Part shown: piece after piece, positions 1 through 12,547 of the stretch
Numbering within the stretch: the first letter of the stretch is position 1
Layout of the letters: every line of letters starts with the position of its first letter
DNA from: the human T2T-CHM13v2.0 reference genome, Homo sapiens
DNA length: 64,000 bases
Reading direction: 5' to 3' (one strand)
Assembly: GCF_009914755.1 (NCBI RefSeq)
Contig: NC_060927.1
Position numbers and translations under genes: made by a program
Notes under the pieces: generated by a model
What the model was told of the DNA's origin: nothing
What the model saw: the letters and a program-made list of their open reading frames with translations, nothing else
Databases searched by the model: none

Positions 1-1659
1 AGGATTTTTTTTCAAGAGATCTAACAAATGTTTACCTTTAAAATTCTTAATATGCAAAGGAAGCCATAGGAGGCATTTACATTTAAAGTGATAGCAAGTG
101 AGTACATTTTACTTTTGTACATGTTTTCCTGCACATCTGCAGATAATTAAACACTTGTTCAAATGAGAGAAAGCATACAATTCCTTTGGCTATGTATTTC
201 ATCTGAATTATTAATCTTGTCGAGAGCATTGGCAACAAAAAGCATTATACCCTGAACAATTCCTTTATTTTATTTGACTAAAAAAGTCTTGCCAGTGGTT
301 GCAGATCTTTTGCTAAAAGGTAATGCCAACAGGGAATTGAATGAAAGCATACATTGAGAATACTTAATTTAGTGATGTCAGTTTGGCATTGGCAGGGAAA
401 TTTGTACGTTGTTTTCTGCAATAAAAAACACGTGGCATTACACAGTAAATCTTTCCAAGGATCTAGAGAACTGATTTTCTTGCCCCACCCAATTCTCAGT
501 AAATGGCAACTGTGGATTACAGCAGAGTTTTGCTCAGAGAGCAGTTTGCTGAGTTCAAAGTCAGGTACTGTGACTTCAGTATCTGTGGCACTCTATAAAC
601 TCTCTATGAACAAGAGAATTGTGTTCATAATGGATGCCTAGTATTTTAACAAAAAATTCTTAAGACCCATAAAGAAGCAGTGTGGCTCCTGGACCCCACC
701 AGAGGACATTCTACTCCTGTCTGTCACACTCAGGTGATTCAGCTCACACAGCGGTTTCAGGGGCCCCATTTGCTCCAACTCTGTAGCTTCTGATGGGATT
801 AAAATGCACTTTATAATTTGTCTGAGCTCTGAAAACTGAAGAATAAAATATGGGCCCTGCAGGCAAAGAAATGTACATCTAAGGACTTGATGGGTTTGCC
901 TGCTGCCATGTTACATGTAAAAGCAAATTATCATCAATTTATAATTTAATGATGAGCGACTTGGTGTTTTAGATTTTGGTTGAAGTTATACTATTTTGAT
1001 TTCCATGAAAGAAATTGTAGTGTAAACAAGATACAAAGAAATTATAAACAAAATAGAATTACACTATTGTCATAAAATCATTTAAAAATAGCAGCATGAT
1101 CATTTAATATCAATGTTGACATTAATTACCAATGAATTTTATTTATCCATTGTAGCCAACTCAACTTCTTAGGAATAGCACCTTGGTAGCTCAAATTATT
1201 CTACTGGAAAGAAATATGGCTGCAGTCAAATAAAAAATGTAACCTTATTTTCTATTTTAAGCTTTAATTTGCCACCAGTTTCATAAATGCACTAGATTAG
1301 CACCCTTTAGGAAAAGAGAATGAATCATGTATTGTGTATCTCCCAGACACTAAACAATATCTGATACATGATAGTTATTAATATTTGAGGAATTGACCAG
1401 TATATTTTGCTATTATTTTTTTGAATTCTGAAGAAAGATTTTGAATTCCAAATTTCACATGGGGATATCTTAATTTTATTTTGGGGCAGCAAGCCCGTCC
1501 CAGAAATAAGAAAGCTCAGATACATCTGCTTACTTATTTGCTTAAATATATGGCTCAATAATAGAACGGGGAATAGTAATGGCCAGACATGGCACATACC
1601 AATGTGTTCAGCTTTTTAAATTCATTTTCTTAGACAATTCTCCAAATTTTCACAATATC

Positions 1660-1730
1660 TACAAGCAGGTATTATCATCCCAATTTACAAATGAAGAAAT
1701 CGAGACTCAAAAAAGCAATAAGTGACTCCT
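1660..1730 (-). mobile_element. MIR SINE fragment
   Basis: attatcatcccaatttacaaatgaagaaatcgagactca resembles the MIR core; boundaries approximate. Confidence 0.6.
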
Positions 1731-1734
1731 AAGT

Positions 1735-2128
1735 TTAGTGGTTACAAAGAAGCATTTCTCACCGATATTACTTGTCCATCACATTTGCACGTATATTCCA
1801 TATCGTCTTTTCTCTGGTATTCAACCCTAATGAGCAGCCATTTATGGGGTTGTTGTTGTCAAACTCAAGGGAACAACTAAGAGATCATAGCAGATCTTGA
1901 GTTCCCTCTTACAGGTTCTATTGTCATTTATGTTCATATATTTCTGGTCACAAATCACATGGCCATGCCTGACTTCCATCAGGTAAAATTTCCCTTCAAG
2001 GAAAGGTGCTAGAAGTCACATGATATTATGTATCTATAATGTCAAGGAACCATGGATATATAATCCTCCCATGAAGAGGGACAACTCAAAAAGGATGGAT
2101 ATTTTGAACAAAAATACAATCTACCACA
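1735..2128 (-). mobile_element. Old MaLR LTR fragment (MLT1-type)
   Basis: aatcacatggccatgcctgacttc and the end ttttgaacaaaaatacaatctaccaca are typical of reverse-strand MLT1 LTRs; highly diverged. Confidence 0.5.
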
Positions 2129-2317
2129 GTGGTAACAAAAGCCTGCTTGATTATAAGCGTGTGGATAATAAAAAACCAAAAAGATCTGTCCCAAAATTCA
2201 AGGGCTGCTTACACCATTGGAAATGATCCGTAAGGCAGTTTGAGGACTTTTTATTTTTTATTTTTCTTTTTAAGTTTGCCTCAAGCTTCCCTGTCTTCCG
2301 CACTTTTGTTATGCAGA

Positions 2318-2540
2318 CTAGGATTTGAATTCTAGCCCATTCATTCAAGAGCTGGAACAAGTTATTAGTTTCTACTGCTCTTGTCAAACAGCCTCTCTGA
2401 ACCTTTTTTATATGTAAAATAGGGATCATCATAACATTTAACTTCCAGGATTAGAAAAAGGACAATATATTGAAAATAATGTACTTAGTATAAAGCTTGG
2501 TATGCAGAAGGCATTTAAAAAATGGTACCCAAGATTATTA
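2318..2540 (+). mobile_element. MIR SINE
   Basis: ggatttgaattctagcc...ctctctgaacc...tgtaaaatagggatcatc...gcttggtatgcagaaggcattt follows MIR motif order. Confidence 0.6.
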
Positions 2541-3734
2541 TCATTCAAGGATCTATTCAAGTTAGTCATCAGTATATGGATTCCTTCTAAGTATTAGAGT
2601 ATTTCTCAAACTTGAAACCTAAGAAAGTCAGGACAGGATATCTGCAGGCTCCTTAGTTTGAGAAATGCTGAGTTGGTGGTTTGGCCAAAATGTGTGAAAT
2701 GTTGATACAGAATTTTAGAGATTTTGCACAAACCAACAAACAAAATGATAGTCAACAAATCTGTCTCAGAAATGATTAAGAGTCTTCATAGGAACATTGA
2801 GTGTTTACGTAGGTAACCAATTTGAAAAGTACAGTTCACAAACATGCTTCCTTGACCTTTTCAGATATTGTTTATATAATATCAACATTGTTTTTGGAAA
2901 AATTAGTGAAATAGCTCTTTTGTTCTTGCCAGTAAAGTTACACAATAAATTGATAACAGCTCAGCATTTATTTCTCAGCATGTTTCTGTTTATTTCTTCT
3001 CTAATTTAAATCAAGGAGTCCTAGATTGGATGTATCACTTTTTACAGACCTAAAAGCTGTTAAAATAGTGAGAAATTACTTAATAGATCTTCCTACCCAC
3101 CCCCATATATCCAGCCACATGTCTAAAATGTATTACTCTTGGCCTTATTTAAGTGCTCATGTTACACTTATGACTCTCCATAGCCACGTTTCTACGGAAC
3201 CAAGTGTTCAGTAAACTGTTTTTCTTATCTGCAAAGTGTGAAATGACAAGTTTTATCTTTTTTTTTCATTATGTTAGTAAGAACTGATGATTTGCCAGAA
3301 GGTTTTTCATAGTATCAACAACAAATTCAGGAAAAAATCTTAACATTTTGTAAGTAAATCCTTTTCACAGTAAAAATCTTAATGTTCTGGAGTTTAGAGA
3401 AAGTCATGGATTCAAGTGTAAGGGAAGATGGGTAAAGAAAAGAGCCTGTGGAGTGACGCTTGTATTTTAGTCACTTTTGGCCTAGTATTTTGGCATGCTA
3501 TTTGTAGAATATTAGCTCCACTAAAAAAGCAGATAAACAAAAACCCTCTCCATAGATTTTGCCACAGCTGCTTCCTGTTTTTAACTACACTTTAGCAAGG
3601 AAAAATTCAGAACCTAGGGTATTTACTTCGATCTGTTTTTATAATGGCTCAACCCTCCATTTTATTATCAATATTATAAAATTACTATATAACTAAAATT
3701 TTTTCTATTACTTTAAAATATTTTAAGACTTGAA

Positions 3735-5510
3735 GTAAGACTTCTAGCTTCCAGTTTTGGCAGGCTTGGTTATTTGGACCAACCTCTTACTAAAAAGAAC
3801 TAAAGAGCTCATGTAAATTATTTTAAAATCTTCCTTAAAATCTACGAAGAGCTAACAATACAGCAAGAAAATACTGAGCAAAAACTAGAGTGATAAGAAA
3901 ACCAGAAAGGTGCTTTCGTCTTGAGAGCTTTTGTGGCCTTAGCAAATTTGAACTTCTATTTTGAAAGGCTTTTTAGTGAGAAGGACAGATATTAAAGGGC
4001 CTTCTCTACTTGAAGTAGAAGGCTAATAGCAAAAACTCTCTCCAAAATAAATTGGGACTCCATCATCACTCTCAGAGTAAATCAGAAATAAAACAGCCTT
4101 CATCTTTTCTGTGTGAGATCATATCAAAAAATAATGAAGTTTAAGTCTTGAACCTGAACTAAAGGGTCCCCAGGCTGGCAGTGCAGAAGCAAAGGCAAAT
4201 CCTCTCTGGAAGAAAATACTTTTATCTTAGGCCCTAAAATGCTTTACAAATAAATCTTCAAGTACAATGACCAGTATACTGTCAAAGATAATCAGGCCCA
4301 CTAGGAAATAAGACACCAAGAGTGAGAACAAGCAGAATGAGCAGAAGCAGATTCACAAGGTCTTCAGTTAAAACATAAGTCACAGACAATAAGTTAACTG
4401 CAAGTATTACGTTTAAAGTAATATAATGTAAACTTAGAGATATTTGCAGGAACAAGAAAAAATAAAAACATGAATTTGAAAATACAAGTGGAATTTCTAG
4501 AAATAAAATATACTTATATACAATAAAAATGAAGATCAATAGATAGCCTTAACAGATTAGAGACAAAGGAGTAAACTAAGAGATATATTAGAAAAAATTG
4601 TGTAGAATGCAGCATAGAGAGACAAAAAGATAGGAAGAAACAAAAAGGATAATTCATGACATTTTAAATGACCAGTGGGTTCTCCTTTCCCACTGCTCAG
4701 ATACAGCTGACTTATTAAGACAGAGGAATTGCAGCAGATAAAGAGTCTAATGCACGCCAAATTGGCTAAATGGGAGACCTGAGTTTTATTATTCAACTCA
4801 GTCTCCTCAAAAATTGGGAGACTGGAGTTTTTTAAAGATAGTTTGGCAGGTAGAGGGTTAGGGAGAGGGGAGTGCTGCTTGGTTAGATAGGAGATAAAAT
4901 TGCAGGGGGTCGAGTTCTTCTTGCTGTCTTCTGTTTCTGGATGGGATCGCAGAACTGGTTGAGCCCAATTACCAGTCTGGGTGGTGCCTGCTTGTGCATC
5001 AGAATGAAGGGTCTGAAAATATATCAAACACCAACCTTAGGTTTTATAATAGTGATGTTATCCCTAGGAGCAATTTGGGATGTAGTGGCCTCTGGCTGCA
5101 TGACACCAAAACCATAATTTCTAATCTTGTGGCTAATTTGTTAATCTTATAGAGGTGGTCTGGCCCCAGGCAAGAAGAAGGGGCTTTGTTTCTGGAAAAG
5201 GCTATTACCACCTGTTTCAAAGTTAAACTACAAATTCCTCCTATATTAAATTTAGTCTTTGCCCAGGAAAGAACAACGGCAGTTTGGAGGTTAAAGGCAA
5301 GATGGAGTTGGTTAGGTTAGGTCTTTTAATGTCATAATTTTTCTCACTGTTATAAATGCTTGCAAAGGTGGTTTCATCATAGAGTTGGGAATGAGAAATT
5401 CTAACATGTTTAATCAGAGTTTCAGAATTTGCAGAGAGAAAATGAGGCAGAGGTAATACCTGAAGAGATAATGTCTGAACATTCTTTAGGATTAATAAAA
5501 AATATCTTGA
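3735..5510 (+). mobile_element. Ancient L1M 5'UTR/ORF1 fragment, split by LTR8
   Basis: A-rich ORF1-like sequence either side of the LTR; tctaacatgtttaatcagagtttcaga resembles the ORF1 'NI.LIGVPE' block. Confidence 0.55.
4663..5376 (-). mobile_element. LTR8-type solo LTR (ERV1)
   Basis: Ends tgcaaaggtggtttca, the reverse complement of the LTR8 start TGAAACC.CCTTTGCA; about 710 bp; 4-bp flanks acat/tcat. Confidence 0.8.
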
Positions 5511-5676
5511 TCCTTTTTGCTTACGGTCAATAATCCCATCATGAAAATCAATTGTTCTCTTAAATATTGACTGGAAGTCTATTTCCTATTTTAAATGAAA
5601 GTTACAATAGTTACATATCAAACTCTCATTTCCAATCAATTTCCCACAACATATACAAGCATCTATATATAAATAA

Positions 5677-5886
5677 TGTTAAACAAAGGTTAGCCTAAAG
5701 CTGACTATCTATTTTAAGTTCAGCCTAAAGGTTTCTCTGCACATCATGAACTATAACCTAAATGAAATTGTATACAGACTGTAGTCTACTCTTGTGGCAA
5801 CCACCAAGTTTTAGCCAAACGTGGCCAACTGTTCGTGTTCAAGTAAGATAAATGCTGAGCTATAATCAATGCAGCTGTTTCTGTAC
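5677..5886 (+). mobile_element. MER57 5' LTR, truncated
   Basis: tgttaaacaaaggttagcctaaagctg...tttctgtac aligns to 19085-19301; homology stops at 5886. Confidence 0.85.
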
Positions 5887-6504
5887 TGATAAGATTTGGC
5901 TGAGACCTTTTCTCCAGTTCTCAGTAAGTTCCTCATCTCCATCTGAGACGGCCTCAGCCTGGACTTCATTGTCCATATCACCATCAGCATTTTGGTCAAA
6001 GACATTCAACAGGTCTCTAGGAAGTTCCAAACTTTCCCACATTTTCCTGTCTTCTTCTGAGCCCTCCAAACTGTGCCAACCTCTGCCTATTACCCAGTTC
6101 CAAAGATGCTTCCACATTTTTGGGTATCCTTATAGTAGCACCCCACTCTCTGTGGTACCAATTTACTTTATTAGTTCGTTCTCATGCTGCTATGAAGACC
6201 TGAGAGAGACTGGGTAATTTATAAAGAAAAGAGGTTTAATTGACTCACAGTTCTGCATGGCCGGGGAGGCCTCAGGAAACTTACAATCATGGTGGAAAGG
6301 GAAGCAAACATGTCCTTCTTCACATGGCAGTAGGGAAAGAATGAGAGCCAAGTGAAGGGGGAAGCCCTTTATAAAACCATCAGATCTCGTGAGGACTTAC
6401 TATCACGAGAATAGAAAGGGTAAAACCACCCCATGATTTAGTTATCTCTCACCAGGTCCCTCCCATCACAAGTGGGGATTATGGGAACAATTCAATGAGA
6501 TTTG
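5887..6504 (-). mobile_element. THE1 (MaLR) LTR plus start of internal region, rearranged
   Basis: About 6167-6504 is a reverse-strand THE1 LTR homologous to 8487-8852; 5905-6165 is THE1-int (ORF 5866..6117 MWKHLWNWVIGRGWHSLEGSEEDRKMWESLELPRD is the MaLR ORF remnant). Confidence 0.85.
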
Positions 6505-6989
6505 CACATTTAGTGAGGAAAAAAATCATTGACTAATATAATAGAACTGAATAGAACTGGTTTCAAAATTATCAGGTAAAAAGGGGATCCTTAGTTCCCC
6601 GAGAACGAAGTTCTTTCTGGCTTATATATGTATAGGTATTAGGCCCTGGAAGCTGCAAAGTCTTATGGGAATGGTGAAATCTTTCTAAAGATAAGTTACA
6701 GTGGACATTGCAAATGAACAACACTGCACTGAATTGCATTTGAAAATGAGGCCTCCCAAATTAGTCTCATCTAGGGATGCCTATTAATATGCAGAAGTTT
6801 CTATAAATTTTCCGTATATACATTTAAAGGCTTTATAAAAGGCAAATAAAATGATTAAGGGACTAGTTGATAAAAAAATTAAACCTGCTAATCTTCTGGC
6901 TTAATTAGTGTTCCATCCCAAAGGTGCAAATTAAGCTAACCTAGATAAGGTGTTTATATAAAACCTTCAGGCAAACTAGGCTGGCTTGC

Positions 6990-7283
6990 TTCTTCTTTTT
7001 GAGATGGAGTCTTGCTCTGTTGCCAGGCTGAAGTACAGTGGCGTTGATCTCAGCTCACTGCAACCTCTGCCAACCAGGTTCAAGTAATTCTCCTGCCTCA
7101 GCCTCCCAAGTAGCTGGGACTACAGGCACACGCCACCAGGCTCAGCTAATTTTTTTTGTATTTTCAGTAGAGACGGGGTTTCACCATGTTGGCCAGGATG
7201 GTCTCGATCTCCTGACCTCATGAGCCACCCACCTTGGCCTCCCAAAGTGCTGGGATTATAGGCATGAGCCACCACACCCAGCC
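6990..7283 (-). mobile_element. Alu (AluSc-like)
   Basis: Full dimer on the minus strand, gttgccaggctg variant, flanking ggcttgctt direct repeat. Confidence 0.92.
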
Positions 7284-8486
7284 TAGGCTTGCTTTTTTTT
7301 CCAGATCTATCCATGCTGAATCCAGGCATACAATGCTTTCTTGGCCCTATTCCTTTATGGACTCCACCAATTACCCTGAACTCCGTAATTTTAGCTAAAA
7401 AACAGTAGGTAAGTTAAAAGGAACACCCTGTTAAACTCAAATACACCTTTCTGGATTTTAATTGGCTATTTTGAAGCTCTTTTGTCAAAGGAATTTACAT
7501 TTATTAAAGGAAATCATTTTTAAAGATTTCGGCCTATGTATAATAAAAACTCTTACCATTCTTTTAAATTTATATAAGAGGTCATACTTTTGTTTAAGGT
7601 GCTTTTCTGGCCACCTTCTCTTAAGTGAACTTTTATTTGAGCAGATTCTTTTCCCTTAGTTTGATCAAATGTAGGCCTAAATTCCTTTGGTTTGAACAAT
7701 ATGTGGGCCTAAAATCTTAGCTCTGTGCTTACGAGATATAAAATATTTTTTGTTCCACCTAAGAGTTGTCCCTTTAGAAATGTAAATTTATTGCCTAGTT
7801 AACAATTTCTTATGGCAACAAAACCAGTAATTGGAAGATTGATAGACCAAATGGGGAAAAGAAAACTATTTCAAAACTGACAAATGAACGTTCTTTGTGA
7901 GAGCTATAAAATCTGCTTCTATGTATTTGTATCCCTATATGCATATGTGATATTTGGTAAATAAAGCTATTATAGTTTTTAAATAGTTGGTAAAAATAGA
8001 ACTGGTTTCAAAATTATCAGTTAAATATAATTAGATACTTGCTTGATTTGACTGTGAGCTTATGGCTTTGGTTTAGAGTCTCTAGATTCAGGGGTCTGGA
8101 TAGGTGGCCATGATGAAGTCTGGTGACATGTTCTTAGTGCCTAGACCAGCAGCTGCAAGCCAGAATCAAGTCCAATATGGCCCTTTATTCCTCTGCTTTC
8201 CCTGTTTTGTCTCCTGGTTATTTTGAGAGGGGTTGGATCCTCCAGGTATAGTCTTCACAGTTCTGTCTTCTGTCCTGATGGACTCAGAATGGCCCTGACC
8301 TTCATATTCCTCCTGGGAGCCACGTGGCTACTTGGGACCTAGAATTACTGGGGGAAGACATTAGGGAAGCTACCTGTGTCAGAGTTTCAAAATTCTTTCC
8401 AGTAATTTAAAATCTTAGAGTCATGTTATATTAAATTAAGTAGATAATCTTAAAATATCTGAGTAATCTGTAAGATACTGAAATAT

Positions 8487-8852
8487 TGTATTCGTCCAAT
8501 CTCATCCTGCTATAAAGGACTGTCTGAGACTTGACGATTTATAAAGAAAGGAGATTTAATTGACTTAGAGTTCTGCATGGCTGGGGAGGCCTCAGAAAAC
8601 TTACAATCGTGGCAAAAGGGGAAGTAAACATGTCTTTCTTCACACGATGGCAGGAACGAGACAAGCAGAGCAAAGGGAGAAAGCCTTTTATAAAACCATC
8701 AGATCTCATGAGAACTCACTATCATAAGAACAGCATGAGGGTAACCACTACCATGATTCAATTACCTCCCAAAAGTCCCTCTGCCCACATGAGGATTATA
8801 GGAACTAAAATTCAAGATGAGATTTGGGTGAGAACACAGTTAAATCATATTA
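8487..8852 (-). mobile_element. THE1 solo LTR
   Basis: tgtatt...gagatttgggtgagaacacagttaaatcatatta, 366 bp, perfect 5-bp TSD aatat (8482-8486 / 8853-8857). Confidence 0.9.
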
Positions 8853-10707
8853 AATATTAATTATTAAATGTGAGTTTAAGTCTATATACCTGGAAAGTAT
8901 TTTTATATGGTATAAAGAAAGCTGTCAATAAATAATTGACAATAAATAATTTGAAGGTCAATAAATTTAGATCTAGATCAATAAATAATTGGAAGAACTA
9001 TTTTTCTAAAAGATTATAAAATGGTTTTTATCTACAAATACTAATATAAAACAGTTCAAAATTACTTTCTAGAGTTTTCACTAGGAATTTGGCTACTAAG
9101 CATTAAAAACTACTAGATACGAGAGAAGCAATTCTATATACAGAGTGTACAAAGTCAAAATATGCATTTGATGAGGAAGTTATAAAGGCATAAAAATGTG
9201 TATTAAAAATTTTGTTTGGCTTAAAGTTACTTAAAAGTTTCAAATTGAAGGGGTAAAAAATAGATACAACAAGATAAAAATAGAAAGTTATGGAAAACAT
9301 AAAATGAAAGGTTTATGGAAAGTTTTTATGAGGTTTTATTAAAATTAGTTTTAGTATTGATAATACACTAATATAAAAATAAAATTTGGTTCTCTCTTTT
9401 GAACAAAAATTTTGTGTAGCATTAATAAGACAAAGTATTTTTCACCTTTTGAGTAAACTGCAAAAAGGAAAAAAAGTGTGGAAGAGGAAAGAGAGATTCT
9501 GTCTCATGCTGTCTTAGGTCTTTTGATTGTTTGGGAAACTGAGTCTCCTTTATCAAAGAGTACAGGTTTTTGTTTTTAAAAATCTTCTAATTAGTACTCT
9601 GGTTAAATGACTATTGTTTTACAGTGATCTGTGATCCTATGTTGGTCAAATATTTTAAATCTTTGACATATTTGAAAAGCTTTACAAAATCAAATTTCAG
9701 CTTTGAAATTAAGTCTTTTCTGACCTCTAACTTTGGGATGCTTCAGAGGGCCCATGGAGCATCCAAAAGAGAGATAAACAGGATTATTTGACATGTTAAG
9801 TTACATGGGAAGCACTGTCAAATAAGAATAATGTTTAACCTTCTTCAGGTTATATTTTAATGAACGTTATTATATATGTTTCAAAATTGTATGGGATTTC
9901 TAAAATTCTAATATGTCTGAGTTTATGCTATCAATTATAATTATGGTTATTATGTTACCATAGACCACAGAAATAAGCACATTTCCTTGTCAACTGTGTC
10001 TTTACTAAAGTCATTTCCACAGTTAATTGCTTAACTCTGATGCAGCGTCTGAAAACTTCACAGCACACAATCCTAGAATAAGGTATCTTTAAGAAGATTC
10101 ATGAAAGGATGAAAAGGACCCTGGAAAACACTCTTGAATATCAGTATCTGTTAACTTTAGAATCACATCATTTGGACTGGGTAAGAATTCCTAGAGCTTT
10201 AATGAAAAGACTGACAGGTTTATTAAACTGCTAACCAAGCACAACAAAATTTAATTGAATTCCAAGAAAATACTTTACCAGATTTTCATGCTTAATCAGC
10301 CAATACTAAATTGTTTAGATATACAATTTGAATGAACTCCAGTCTCAGTCAAATTACCTATGATAACCCATCAGTTATCAGTGCTATACACCTAAATTGG
10401 AGAAACAACTGGTGTTCAAAAGGACAGCAGTCCAATGTTAAACATGAACTTATGGAGAACCAAGACGACCATGTTTTCCTTCCTGCGTCCTTAAAGATTT
10501 TATTAAAAGTTCTGGGGGTAGAGCCAAGATGGCTAAATAGGAACAGCTCCAGTCTACAGCTCCCAGCATGAGTGACACAGAAGACGGGTGATTTCTGCAT
10601 TTCCAACTGAGGTACCGGGTTCATCTCACTGGGGAGTGCCGGACAGTGTGTGCAGGACAGCGGGTGCAGCGCACCGTGCATGAGCTGAAGGAGGGCGAGG
10701 CATCGCC

Positions 10708-10965
10708 TCACCCGGGAAGTGCAAGGGGTTGGGAATTCCCTTTCCTAGTCAAAGAAAGGGGTGACAGACAGCACCTGGAAAATTGGGTCACTCCCACCCT
10801 AATACTGCACTTTTCCAATGGGCTTATCAAACGGCACACCAGGAGATTATATCCCGCACATGGCTCAGAGGGTCTTACACCCACAGAGCCTCCCTCATTG
10901 CTAGCACAGCAGTCTGAGATCAAACTGTAAGGTGGCAGGGAGGCTGGGGGAGGGGCACCCACCAT
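10708..10965 (-). CDS. ORF0: L1 ORF0 homolog (antisense 5'UTR ORF, 85 aa, open)
   Basis: MVGAPPPASLPPYSLISDCCASNEGGSVGVRPSEP matches the primate L1 ORF0 N-terminus MAGAPPPASLPPCSLISDCCASN; ATG context gcaATGg. Expression is not shown by sequence. Confidence 0.7.
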   Translation of the reverse strand: MVGAPPPASLPPYSLISDCCASNEGGSVGVRPSEPCAGYNLLVCRLISPLEKCSIRVGVTQFSRCCLSPLSLTRKGNSQPLALPG

Positions 10966-11529
10966 TGCTCAGGCTTGAGTAGGTAAACGAAGTGGCCAGG
11001 AAGCTGGAACTGGGTGGAGCCCACCACAGCTCAAGGAGGCCTGCCTGCCTCTGTAGGCTCCACCTCTGGGGGCAGGGCACAGACAAACAAAAGACAGCAA
11101 TAACCTCTGCAGACTTAAATGTCCCTGTCTGACAGCTTTGAAGAGAGTAGTGGTTCTCCCAGCATGCAGCTGGAGATCTGAGAATGGACAGACTGCCTCT
11201 TCAAGTGGGCCCCTGACGCCCAAGTAGCCTAACTGGGAGGCAACCCCCAGTAGGGGCGGACTGACACCTCACACGGCCGGGTACTCCTCTGAGACAAAAC
11301 TTCCAGAGGAACGATCAGGCAGCAGCATTTGCAGCTCACCAATATCCACTGTTCTGCAGCCACTGCTGCTGATACCCAGGCAAAGAGTGGACCTCCAGTA
11401 AACTCCAACAGACCTGCAGTCTGTTGGTCCTGACTGGTAGAAGGAAAACTAACAAACAGAAAGGACACCCACACCAAAAACCCATCTGTACGTCACCATC
11501 AAAGACCAAAGGCAGATAAAACCACAAAG

Positions 11530-12547
11530 ACGGGGAAAAAACAGAGCAGAAAAACTGGAAACTCTAAAAATCAGAGTGCCTCTCCTCCTCCAAAGGAATG
11601 CAGCTCCTCACCAGCAATGGAACAAAGCTGGACGGAGAATGACTTTGACGAGTTGAGAAAGGAAGGCTTCAGAAGATCAAACTACTCTGAGCTAAAGGAG
11701 GAAGTGTGAACCAATGGCAAAGAAGTTAAAAACTTTGAAAAAAAATTAGATGAATGGCTAACTAGAATAACCAATGCAGAGAAGTCCTTAAAGGACCTGA
11801 TGGAGCTGAAAACCACGGCACAAGAACCACGTGATGAATGCACAAGCCTCAGTAACCGATGCGATCAACTGGAAGAAAGGGTATCAGTGGTGGAAGATGA
11901 AATGAATGAAATGAAGCATGAAGAGAAGTTTAGAGAAAAAAGAATAAAAAGAAATGAACAAAGCCTCCAAGAAATATGGGACTATGTGAAAAGACCAAAT
12001 CTACGTCTAATTGGTGTACCTGAAAGTGATGCGGAGAATGGAACCCAGTTGGAAAACACTCTTCAGGATATTATCCAGGAGAACTTCCCCAATCTAGCAA
12101 GGCAGGCCAACATTCAAATTCAGGAAATACAGAGAACGCCACAAAGATACTCCTCGAGAAGAGCAACTCCAAGACACATAATTGTCAGATTCACCAAAGT
12201 TGAAATGAAAGAAAAAATGTTAAGGGCAGCCAGAGAGAAAGGTCGGGTTACCCACAAAGGGAAGCCCATCAGATCAAGTGCTGATCTCTTGGCAGAAACT
12301 CTACAAAGCCAGAAGAGAGTGGGGGCCAATATTCAACCTTCTTAAAGAAAAGAATTTCCAACCCAGAATTTCACATCCAGCCAAACTAAGCTTCATAAGT
12401 GAAGGAGAAATAAAATACTTCACAGGCAAGCAAATGCTGAGAGATTTTGTCACTATCAGGCCTGCCCTAAAAGAGCTCCTGAAGGAAGCACTAAACATGG
12501 AAAGGAGCAACTGGTACCAACCACTGCAAAAACATGCCAAATTGTAA
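11530..12547 (+). pseudogene. L1 ORF1p remnant
   Basis: Start codon is ACG at 11530, in-frame TGA at 11707-11709, frameshift near 12305; fragments EIWDYVKRPNLRLIGVPE and ARREWGPIF. Confidence 0.93.

Noticed and set aside
4557-5027. 156-aa minus-strand ORF
   Set aside because: Lies across LTR8 and L1M sequence with no recognisable domain
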